DNA from: Macrostomum lignano
Lineage: Eukaryota
DNA: 64,000 bases
NCBI GenBank assembly: GCA_002269645.1
Contig: NIVC01003537.1
Span: 28,252-92,251, forward strand
Direction: 5' to 3'
Part shown: positions 53,301-64,000 of the stretch, piece by piece
Layout: each line of letters starts with the position of its first letter
Position numbering within the stretch: the first letter of the stretch is position 1
Notes under the pieces: generated by a model
Database searches by the model: none
Told to the model about the DNA's origin: nothing
The model's input: the letters and a program-made list of their open reading frames with translations, nothing else
Program-made: the position numbers and the translations under genes

Positions 53301-54359
53301 TAACACCTAGTTTTTGACAATTTTCATGAGAATGAGAAATTAAAACTTAGGACCAAACTGTGTATTTTACATATTCTGAGTCTAACTCTAAGTTCAACCA
53401 AGTTCAAAAAGTTTGACATAATAATACATTAATACCCATGCATTAATGGGAAAATCAGAGGGCCCCATTAGATGCCCAAGGATTTCTCATTAACACCCAC
53501 AAAGCATGGGTATTACTATTATTGTGCCATAGATATTTGTGTCCTTGACAAAGTGGGACAAAATTAGTGGGCAATTAATGACATTAACTGCCAACTAATC
53601 TGCATTAAAGTAAGTTTGAAATAGACAATAGGGCGTTAAATGTCATTAACTGCCCACTAATTTGCATTAAAGTAAGTTTGACTCCTGAAAGCGGGCTTAA
53701 ATGTAGTCTATGGCATTAAAAGGCAAGAATAAGTGCCCATGAAGTATTGTCATGGTACAATACTTAATAAAAGGTAGTAGATAGGCTAGACTAGACAAGC
53801 ACAACATTCACTAAATGATAAAAAATATGTAAACCTAATCATAATAAAGTAGGATAAAATGGTAATGTAGTACACAAGTTTATTACTTTGTCTTAAGGCC
53901 CAACACCCCTAGCCCTCTTAAGTCTTAATTACCAACCAATTCAATTGGTTTGTATTAAATTGAAAATGGAAGTCTTAGTAGGCCTAACACTTAGAAAATA
54001 GCAATTAATAATTATTGTTAGAATGTATTTACAGTACATAACATAAAATTCAATTAACATGGAGCCTACCCGCCACTGCTTATAAAACAATGCACAGCAC
54101 GACAGAAGGACAGGACCTTGTCCTTATCTATATTTCTTTATCTATATCTATGTTCTTTATATTTCTAAGAAACAGTTGCGATTGAAATGTGCGTCTTGCA
54201 GTCTGAATAACAAAACTATATTATATTTTCCAGAAATATTTATAGCATGCAACAAATTACTTCTCGAACTTAAAAAACGCATACTAATGGCACTGATAAA
54301 AAACGAGTAAATGCCAAATTGTATTTCGAACACATGCACGGGGGCCCACGACATTTTGT

Positions 54360-55080
54360 GCTTTTTATATATGTACGTCGTCATGCCTTACGGGAGCACG
54401 AGAAATGCCCGTAGACAAATTGCCCGCCGAGATTTGCACGCAGTGCATTTTGCCCGTGAGTGAATTGCCCTTCGTCGAAATTTTCCCGCCGAGAATTTCC
54501 CGCCGAGATTTGCCCGCATTGCAATTTGCCCGCAAGTGAATTGCCTGCGATCAAATTGTCCCGCTGAGTTTTTTTCCTGCCGAAATTTGCCGCAATACTT
54601 TTTTTCTGCAGTGAGTGCATTTAGCCACGCGGCAGATTTTGTCTGCATATTGCCTCACCAGCAATGCTTAGTAAAGCTAATACAGATTGTACAGGATCAA
54701 ACGTTTTGATAGTAACTGCATGCATATCAAATGCTTATTTGGGGGGGGGGGGGGGGGGCAATGCAGCTAGAAGCTAGCCTGTAAAATGCGCTGCAGGAAA
54801 AAGCATTATTGCGGGCAAACCTCAGCGGGAAAAAAGCTCGGCGAGCAATTTCGCTCGCGAGCAAATTGCACTGCGCGGGCAGGCAAATCTCGATCGGCGG
54901 GCAATTCTCGGCGGCCAAATTAAATCTTCCACGGGCAATTCGCTCACGGGCAAAATGCACTGCGGGCAAATCTCGGCGGGAAAGCTCGGTTGGTAAATCT
55001 CGTCGGGCAAATCTCCTACGAGCAAATCGATCGGCGGGCATCGTCTGCTGGCATAAGGACCCCATGCTACACGTCGGTAT
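54360..55080. mobile_element. Foldback/MITE-like element with internally repetitive inverted arms
   Basis: 54415-54600 has (A/T)TTGCCCGC-type subrepeats and 54805-55040 has the reverse complement GCGGGCAA(A/T). A related fragment lies at ~60520-60640. Confidence 0.65.
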
Positions 55081-57019
55081 CTTCTAATAATAATTTGATT
55101 GACCATTCAGATGCCAACAAATAAGAACGACAAACTCCGGCGAGCACGAGAATTTTCCGGGGGCCCATCACAAGCTCGAATAAAATCACATCGTCGAAAA
55201 GTTTAGCAACCACCATATCACAAGCTCGAAAAGTCATAAACTCAAAAAATCACATCGTCGAAAAGGAAGCAGTTAGGGTTGGGGTTAGGGGTAGGTTTAT
55301 TAAATTGAATGCAAAACTGAGCTGAACTGAATTAAGGACATTTAAATTTGTCAACAATAAACCGCTGATGAAGGTATTTTTGGAATATTTAAATAATATT
55401 GGTTAGTACCTTAGGGTTTTGGTTCAAGAGGTTAGGCTAGGGTACCGGTGCCTTAGGGTTAGGGTTAGTGCCTTGGGGTTACACTAATCGAAAATTATTG
55501 CGAAGATTGCAATCTGATTGTAATTCTTCTTGTGAAAAATTGCAATAAAAGTGCAATAATTATAATTGAAAATTGCAATCATCATTGCAATTATTATAAT
55601 TATAACGCAATTTTATTGCAATCATTACAATTGAAAATCAAGGAGTTTTCTCATCCTTGCTATAAATGTACGCGCATGGTTTGCCTTCAGCTGTTCTTCA
55701 GGCGGCTTTTAGCCCTTCCATACCCAGGACCAGGTGTATGTTAGTTGCGCAGCTGCTCGCCTGTCAGCAGTGCAGTCATGGCAGTGGTAGGGCATTCTCC
55801 ATGACTTTGCCTGCTTGGTATTGAAACTTAATGCTATGCTCGTATTCAGGAAAAGAAGTAACACAAACAAAGTTTAAAAAGGTGTAATAATGAAACATAT
55901 TTCGTAGAGAGATTGCTTAAGCAATATTCTATGTACTACAAATTTATTATGGTAAAAACGATAAAAATGTTGGACATGTGACTTTTACCAATTGAATTGT
56001 CAGCCGAGCTATTAACCTGTAGTTCATTCTAAACTGCTTCATGCACATGACATACCAGATGCAAAACAGTCAACTGCTTGCTGTTCCTCTTCAACCCTGC
56101 TCATTTGCAATACAGGCAGCTAGGTGGTGTAGATTCATGATTGATGAAGCAGATACTGCAACTTTGCCTGATGGTAATAGCTCATTCTTTTCATCATCAA
56201 AATCGATAATCACTTGGCAAGTCTTATTCATGAGTACACTGCATGTCTGATCTCTTGTATGCCATGAATAAAAGGTGAAAAGGGTTTTGTCATGTAGTAT
56301 ATAAACTTTTGGGACTTTACCAAATACATATATGCTAGAAACTAGATAATAGCTAGAAGGAAGTAGCCAAGCACAGATATCGCTAATACTACCATAGCAA
56401 TTTTCCTTATTTAAGCTAAGGTCTTTAGGTTTTTTTAAAGAACAAGATAGTAATTATTAGTTATTAAAATGATTACATAGATTGCACAAAAGTATAAATA
56501 AACAACTATTCCTTCAATTATAAAAGGAGAACAATAATTTAGTATAATATAAATAATATAATACCATATAGATCTAACCTTTGCTTTAGTTGGCCAAAAA
56601 TACTTATAAATGTTTTTCAAATATTTAATCACTTTACTAGCATTAGGCAGTTTCTTAGCCATGATATGTACCATCATAGGAAAATTTCCAACTGAACAGT
56701 GCAAGTCTCCTAAAAATTAGTTGATTCATCTTTAAATCTATTACAAGCAAGTGGACAACTTATTTTTATTATATAGGATTTAGTTAGTCAACATATGCTT
56801 AATTCATTTTATTGGGCCATGGGTAAAAGCTTAAATGCTTATTGAAAAGCCAAAGGATATAAGTATTAGTTGGTAAAGCTAGTATTAATACTATATAGCT
56901 ATTGTTATACAGATATATAATTAATACAATGCTTATAGCCTTCCAAAAATAAATAATTAAATGGTATTTACTCTAATGATTATAGAATACATGTATTTGC
57001 AAACTACCATAATGTGTAT

Positions 57020-57021
57020 AT

Positions 57022-57056
<35 letters not shown>

Positions 57057-57070
57057 TATAAATATATACA
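57020..57070. repeat. (TA)n microsatellite
   Basis: Directly visible. Confidence 0.9.
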
Positions 57071-58603
57071 TGTAAATAAACTTTGAATGCTCAAAGTTAA
57101 ATAAAATGCACTAGTAGTAATAGTATCATTATACAATACTACCAACTAGGCCCTATCCAAAGAAAAAACTTCCTCTTGATCTTTTGATAAGAATATATAT
57201 CAAAATTAGCCTTCAGAAAATTAGAAATTAGAAAATTAGAAATTAGAAAATTAGAAATTAGAATTAGAAATTAAAAAATCTTAAAGTATTTTCTCCTTTA
57301 GTTACCTTTATCATGGTCTCAAATTATGACATGCTTATCTGAAAGCTAAAAATAATATACATATAAATGGAGTATTATACATATTATACATATTAATGTA
57401 TGTATTATATAAAGAGATGGTGTAATTTTCTTCAGAACATGGTTTTGCTCTTCTAGTTTAGTAAGTGCTTCTATTATCAAGCAGAATTAATAAGTATGAA
57501 TGCTTCGACTCTATTATTATTACTAAGCAGGTAAATTTTTACTAACGTGGCTAAGCTTTATGTTCTTACAGTCCCCATACAATACTTAACAGGAACAGAA
57601 AGCTTATAGGCCTATGGAACCACAGTCCCTATACAATACTTAACAGGAACAGAAAGCTTATAGGCCTAGAACAATGAAAAATCTTGATCTTTAATTGTTA
57701 AATTTTTAAACACTAAAATACGAGAAGAAAGAGGCAGAGCGAGAAATATTTGTAAGTGGCAAGTGCCTGAGTCTGAGTTCCATGTCCAAACACAAAAATA
57801 AAAAGTGCAACTTAAATAATAGCCTAGAGGATGCGCGTAGATGAATCAAAATATTGTCTGCAATTTTAGTATAAGAAACAAACAAATATCACCGAAGTCC
57901 AGCTCATTTTGCAGCTTATATCGTTTAAAAATCTATACAACAGTAAACTACATTTTTGATTTTTCTCAACGTACCCTTTTTCATGCTACAAACCATACAT
58001 ATTTCAAATATTTGATTAACAATTTAAACGTCATAAAATTATAATAATTCTAATAATAATATTTAATACACATTGTAATTATTGCAATGTGCATTGTTCC
58101 TGGATAATTGGTAAAGGAAGTTCCTTTGAAAGGCCTAAATTGCCATGGTTTTGCTGGGAAGAACAGGAAGAGTTATTTGGAAGAGTTCTGGTCAGTTGAA
58201 TGTGCGCCATTGTATTATCGCAGACAAGCATTGCAATAATTATAAGAAAAATTATAATTCATATTGTAATTTTTGTACTGAAATTGCGCTACATAAGAAA
58301 TATTACAATAATTATAATTTTTTCGCAATTTTTTCGACTAGTGTAGGGTTAGAGCTTGTGACTTTTCGAGCTTGTGATGGAGCCAATTGTTTTCGACGAT
58401 GTGATTTTTCGAGCTTATGATGGCAACCCCAAATGTATGTATCTCTGCCATCATGCATACATGCATATGCTTTGCCCGCAGTGCACTTTTTACATGTATA
58501 AATTCCTTCACGAAATTTAGCTCTTACATTATTAATAAAATATTTCCCAATTGGTGAAAATATCTGATCTCTCATTTCGAAACCGCATGTCAACTTTTTT
58601 CTA

Positions 58604-59914
58604 CACTCAGCAACAGTCAAAAGTTCCACCATCCAAATTGCGAAAACTTTTCACTCACAATTCAACCCTCAAGTTACGCAACTAAGCCGCCGCGAGGAAG
58701 GGAAAGTTGTTGTGTTTTGTGCGTTGATTCAGCGCTGAACCGAAGGCTGTTATAACAAGAGCATAGCTTAAGTTGAATGTATATTTTGTTTGTATCAGAT
58801 TAAACATGCCTTTTGAGGGAGTTATATATTTACCGACCTCAAACCCATATAATATCTTATACATATAAATCACGAGGGCCTGAGGCCCGAGGTATTTATG
58901 AAAATAACTCCCGAAAAAGGCATGTGTAATCTCGTATAGACAATAGACATAAAGGGCCGTATGCAGAAAGCCTAGTCCAGACTAGCTAGTCCGGACTTGG
59001 GTAGTTCAGTCTATAGTCTATGGTCCAGCTAGCATAGTTCTGCTATAGTAGACTGGTCTAACTTTGTGTTTCTGCATACCAAATCCAAGTCCAGACTAGC
59101 TTTTCAAGACCGGACTACCCTAGACAGAGCTTTCTGCATACGGCCCAAAGACTTTACGGGATATTATTGAATATTACCAAATAAAATCCCGGAGAACGCA
59201 AATATTGTCACGGAAAGTCTTTATTTCTATGGATTATAACGATATAAGTAACGGCAAGCCTTTATAGAGTCAGAGTCAGTCGGTAGCTGTTTGGGACACA
59301 GACAAATAAGTTAAAGCTGGGGCAACGACTGAAAATAAAAGTACATTGGATTCGGATCGGTATACAACAAAAGTTGATTGAATATCGATCAATTCTCGTA
59401 GTAAACGTCAGTCGCACAAAATCATAAAATTTTTATGCAATATTCAGTTAGAATCGCGATGCGTGTGGGATCCCCTCGCACGCAGAAGTGCGACGACTCT
59501 GCGGGGAATCCCAAGGATGAGGCAGCGCAGAAAGTTCTGAGGGAGCTGCTGCCAAAGCGTTTTCAATGGCATGACGCAGAGCTCTCCGCAACATTCTATG
59601 GTGGATTCTCTTTTCGAATGCTACGTTTTAGGAAGTCCCAGGCTTGCTCGATGGGATCCATGTCTGGGGGCCGGGAAGGCCAGCGCAGAGTGCGCAGCTG
59701 TAGCTGTTCTTTCAGTTGACTGACAGCATCGGCTCGGTGTGGCGGGGCGTTGTTCCTGTGCTTGGGTCTGCTTAATGTCCAGGCCTGGACCATAAGCAGA
59801 CCCAAGCCACCCCAAGCGGCAATAAGCTTTGCGCGTGCCGTAGGTTGCGTCACTCGCAATAAGTGAAAAAATCATCTCGCTTAGTGGGGTGGAACTTTTG
59901 ACTGTTACTGAGTT
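58604..59914 (-). mobile_element. Non-autonomous Tc1 element with TIRs and TA target duplication
   Basis: TA|CACTCAGCAACAGTCAAAAGTTCCACC ... GGTGGAACTTTTGACTGTTACTGAGTT|TA. Internal LRTLRWPSRPPDMDPIEQAWDFLKR is the Tc1 WPxxSPDLNPIE motif. Confidence 0.88.
58954..59146. mobile_element. PIF/Harbinger-type MITE nested in the Tc1 element
   Basis: An 18-bp TIR GGGCCGTATGCAGAAAGC / GCTTTCTGCATACGGCCC is flanked by AAA on both sides (3-bp TSD). The superfamily is inferred from the GGG end and 3-bp TSD. Confidence 0.8.
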
Positions 59915-60067
59915 TAATTCAGGAGTGGGTCAGGGCTTTTATTACATGTACCATGTCCCGAAGTTGGAACAGCGGGATGGCGCGGACGCCCATTCCGATA
60001 GTCCATGAACGGCTGATGCATACATCGCTATATATGGTGTAGATATCTAGTGTACATATAGTGTATA

Positions 60068-60474
60068 TACTCAGCAACAGCTAAACCCCCCCCCAACTCA
60101 CGCTGTCACACGGCCCAAAAGTTTTGTATGCCATCGGTGACTCGGAAGCAGCTCGGCATTCGCACATTGAACTGGCCGTCAAAGTCTCCAGACATGAACC
60201 CCATCGAGCATGTCTGGGACTTTGTAAAGCGAAGAGTTCAGCAGGATGCCCCACAGAATGCTGAACAGTTGCGACTGGCGGTGCTGAATGCCTGGCAGCA
60301 GCTGCCCCAAGAGTTCATCAACTGGCTGGTGATCAGGATGCCACGACGAGTCACGGCACTTTTGCATGCTCGTGGTTCCTACACACGATACTGAGACTAG
60401 AATTAAAGACATTGCTTAACTTTTGTGCCCGTGTGACAGAGTGGTTGGGGGGGGGGGTTAGCTGTTGCTGAGTA
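60068..60474 (+). mobile_element. 407-bp Tc1 mini-element carrying the transposase C-terminus
   Basis: An imperfect ~55-bp TIR TACTCAGCAACAGCTAA-Cn-AAC..CTGTCACACGG..CAAAAGT with TA on both sides. ORF 60128-60394 reads NWPSKSPDMNPIEHVWDFVKRR..SMPRR-like..ARGSYTRY. Confidence 0.9.
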
Positions 60475-60813
60475 TATATAGTGTACATATCTCAGCAGGG
60501 GATACATGTACATGTAGTAGAAAACTCTCCCGCGGGAGAATCTCGGCGGGCAATTTGCCTGCGACAAAATGAAATAGCGTGCTCCTCATATTTACTTTTT
60601 GACTTTATATACATGTACATGTACGTCGTCATGCGACGTCGCTGACAAATATGTGCTTTTACATCGCATGGACAGATAACGTCGTCATTCGTAGCTGATC
60701 GTCCGTGGAATGTAAAAATGTGTAAAAATGCCAATGCATGACGTCGTCAGACGTCAGGAGTTTCTCAGCCAATCTGATTGCTGTACGACGGGTATTAGTT
60801 TTGCGCAACACAA

Positions 60814-63800
60814 TGTCGCGACTCTTAGTCATTTCTTCAATTCATCTGTGTACTTGATCTGTTCTTACGCTGTTTTACATGTACATCTCCCTCTGTCTAT
60901 ACGTCAATCTTTTTCTCTTTCCATTGACATAAATACATGTGTACCCCACCCGGCCTAGTCCGGTCTGGGCAGGCCAGCCAAACTCTCAAACCAATCAGAT
61001 CACCAGAACTCTAGGTGGCGTGCAAGCCGGATACACATCACGGCCCCCCCCTCGAAAAAGCAATGAGAAGCAATGCATGGGGAACACAACAGTCCATAGA
61101 ATGCACACAGTCAAAAGTTATTCAGTTCGCCAATCAACTCGGGCTAAACCGGACCGGAGCTCTTCTTGTTCGGCCGCTTCGTCTCAGCGGAGTCAACGGC
61201 GTCTCATTCACCAGCGCCCTTGCTTGCACCTATTCCGGCATCGGGTGTGTTGCTATCCGCTGACGATGTACTCGGAATGCGAATCAGGTTGCCAGAGTGC
61301 CATCGCGTGCCATCGTCTAGCTGCCAGGACTCCGGGCCCAGCCGCCGGGTGATCCTTCGAGTCTCGCCGAGCCTTGTCGCCGTCTGTGACTTGCAGACGC
61401 GCACGGAGTCGCCAGCCTACAGTCGCGAGGGTCGGGTTCCTCCTCGGCGCCGATCGGTGCCCAGCCTGGCCTTCTCGACTCCTTGTTGGCCTGGACTCGA
61501 TGCTCGGTCCCCGATGGCGCCGTTGGAATCAGGGGCGGATGCCTCGGCCCACTGGCTCAGAGGTCCTCGAAACGGCAGACCGATCATCAGCTCAGCCGGC
61601 GTTAGGCCCGTGGTTGCACTCGCTGTCGACTGGTAGCAGTGCAGGAACTCGCAGATTACCTCCTTGAAGCTGATGCCGTTCTTGAGGTGCGCCTTCAGCG
61701 ACTCCTTCGGAGTGCGTTTGAGGCGCTGGACTTTTGAGTTTGACTGAAGGTGGTACAGCGAGGTCCTGGAATGCTGCATGCCGTGGCTGGAAAGAAACTC
61801 CTCGAAGGCGTGAACTGCGGCCCGTTGTCGGTCACGATCTTGCCTGGCAGTCCCCATCGAGCGAACAGGTCCTTGAGGAAGTCGGCGATGACCTCGGCCG
61901 TCACCGAAGCCGTAGCCCGAATCTCTGGCCACTTGGAGTGCAGGTCAATGGCAACGATTGCAAATCGGCTATTGACCGGCTCTTCGTGGATCTCGCCGAA
62001 GATGTCCAGCTGAATCGTGTGCCACGGCTCTTTGGGCCACTCGGTCGTCTAGGATGGAACAGCAGGTCGCTTCCACTTCTCCGTCAAGCAGCAGCTGACG
62101 CAGGACTTGGCCAGATCCTCCAGCTGGGCGTCGATTCCCGGCCACCAGACCGAATCGCGAGCTCGGTGCTTCATCTTGATGATGCCGCAATGTCCCTGGT
62201 GGATCAGCGCTAGCGCCGACCGTTGATATCTTGTCTCGGAGCTTAAAGAAGATCTCCTCATCTATTGGCGGCTCCTTCCAGTTGGCTTGAAGCTTTGCGG
62301 AGACACTGCGAATGAGCGGATCGGCCTGCGAGTGCTTGTCCAGCAGCTCGGCCGATAGAATCCCGTCTAGCACCTGGTGGATGTCGGCCATTTCGTCGTC
62401 GTCATCGCCGCTGTCTGTCGACTCAGGTGGTCGCTCGAAACGGGAAAGGAAGTCTGGCACAACGTTGCCCTTTCCAGGCTTATACTCGACGCTGAAGTTG
62501 TACTGCAGGAGCCGGTCGTTCCATTGGTGGATGCGCCGCAGCTTGTGTCCAGTGCCTTGGTTACACAACAGTGCCTTGAGAGCCGAATGGTCAGTGCGCA
62601 AAGTCAGCCGTCTGCCGTAGGTGTAGATGTGCCAGCGCTCGAGAGCCCAGATGCACACCAGGGCCTCTTTCTCGCTAGCTGAGTATCTGGACTCCGTTGG
62701 CGCCAGTGCTCGCGAACGTAGGCCACCGGCTTCTCTGACTCGCCTATGCGTTATGCGTTGAAGCAGCACCGGGCCAAGAACGAAGTCAGACGCGTCGCAC
62801 TCGAAGATCGTGTCAGCGTTGCAGTCGAAGTGGCTTAGCACCGACGGGCTCGTCAGCTGTTGCTTGAGCTCGGCGAAAGCGGCGTCACTAGTAGAGCCCG
62901 CAGTGAGTGATGAACGCCGTCAGCTGCCTACTGCCGGGGTTCAGTGGGATCTGCAGGTAGTTTTGCTTCAGGTCCAGCTTGCTGAAGATCTGCGCGCCTG
63001 CAAACTGCTGCCAGCTCCTCTGGGGTCGGCACGGGAAACTTATCCAGGTTGATCGCTTGGTTGCAGTTGCGCAGATCAACGCACAGTAGCAGGTCGCCAT
63101 TCTTCTTTTTGGATGCGACTAGATTGGACACCCAAGGAGGGCATCGATCTTCTCGATGACACCTGCGGCCTACGTCTTGCTTAGCTCGTCCTTCACGCGG
63201 CCTGACGTGCGAGCGGCACCCGGTGCAGCGGTTTAACTGTCGGTATCGCATCCTGGCGCAGCTGTGGTCGGTGGCAAAACTTCTTGGCCATACCGATGCT
63301 GCTGATTGCGTTGACTCGGTTGACTCAGCTTGTCCATGCCGTCGAGACCGAGGCTGTTGGGACCTCGTCGTGTGATGAAGAAGCAGCAGACAGCGGGCAT
63401 GCCGCGGTGCACAACGCACAGCTCTGCGGTCCCGAGCACGTCAATTGCAGAGCCTGTGTATGAGAACAGCTGCTTTGAAGTCGGCGTGATGACCGGTTGT
63501 TTTGGCAGGCGTTGCACGGTATTCTCGTTGATTATATTGACTTTTGACCCCGTGTCCAATAGGAGCCTGACGTCGACGTCAGCATCGAGAAGTTAAAGAG
63601 CGACGTTTCATATTCTACTGCAGACACTTCGAATGGCTCGTCGTCTTCGTCCTTTACGGTGTGAACCTGGCGTCGCTGTCGGCAGCAAACTTTGAAGCGT
63701 CCGACTTTGTGGCAGTGCAAGCAGGTCTTGTCCTTCGCTGGACACTCTAAGGCGCAGGCGGCGTCCCCGGCCCTCCCGCAGTTGCCGCACCGTGTCTCTG

Positions 63801-64000
63801 CGCCGGATTTCTGCGGTGCCGCATGCTTGGGTCCCTTGTGTGATGGCGTTACGCTGGCTGAATTTCTGGATGAGGGACTCCTCCTTGTCGCTCTTGCCGT
63901 CGCGCAGCTTCTTGCGTCGTTGATTGAGATTCGACCTGAATCGCCAATGCCATCGCCCTATCCAGCTCAAGCTCCTTCATGAGCAGTCACTTTCGGTGCG
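60814..64000 (-). mobile_element. Degenerate Gypsy LTR retrotransposon (gag-PR-RT-RH-IN), extends beyond the window
   Basis: Zn knuckle CLHCHKVGRF..C, protease LLDTGSKVNII, RT PWVSNLV..CVDLRNCN..FSKLDL..YLQIPL..TAFIT, RNase H CDASD..EKEAL..RTDHSAL, integrase HQGH..WWPGID..DNGPQF. A purine tract at 61043-61053 and a putative 3' LTR at 61040-60814 (TG..CA) are lower confidence. Many frameshifts are present. Confidence 0.92.

Noticed and set aside
56056-56270. Candidate exon with a GTATGT donor
   Set aside because: No frame is open through to the donor and the product is not recognisable.
58604-58616. Tc1 TIR tip shares CTCAGCAAC with the large satellite
   Set aside because: It is only a 9-bp match with unrelated flanks, compatible with chance.

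Overview
Eukaryotic (metazoan) genomic DNA with GC-rich exons, AT-rich spacers and very dense mini/microsatellites. The style suggests a free-living flatworm such as Macrostomum, but that is inference and was not tested. Four conserved spliced genes can be reconstructed with in-phase GT-AG junctions: a PGRMC/MAPR steroid-binding protein (+, 6048-8438), a myosin regulatory light chain (+, 24763-26399), Fe65/APBB (-, 30385-36775) and a GRAF/oligophrenin RhoGAP (-, 41238-49436). The most unusual region is 8.9-23.7 kb. It is an inverted duplication of an intronless, signal-peptide-bearing lectin-like gene. One copy has 2 C-type lectin domains plus a LamG-like domain and the other has the LamG-like domain only. 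Each copy has the same ~27-bp satellite upstream, further variant fragments of the domain lie in the spacer, and the domain shows a sharp conserved/variable mosaic. A second oddity is that three different minisatellites in and next to Fe65 all carry a RGGTCA-n4-AGGTCA (DR4-like) core. The rest is decayed mobile DNA: Crypton-like, three Gypsy remnants, mariner, Tc1 mini-elements, a Harbinger-type MITE, a tRNA-derived SINE, an RNase H LINE 3' end and a foldback element. All calls were made by eye and no database search was run.
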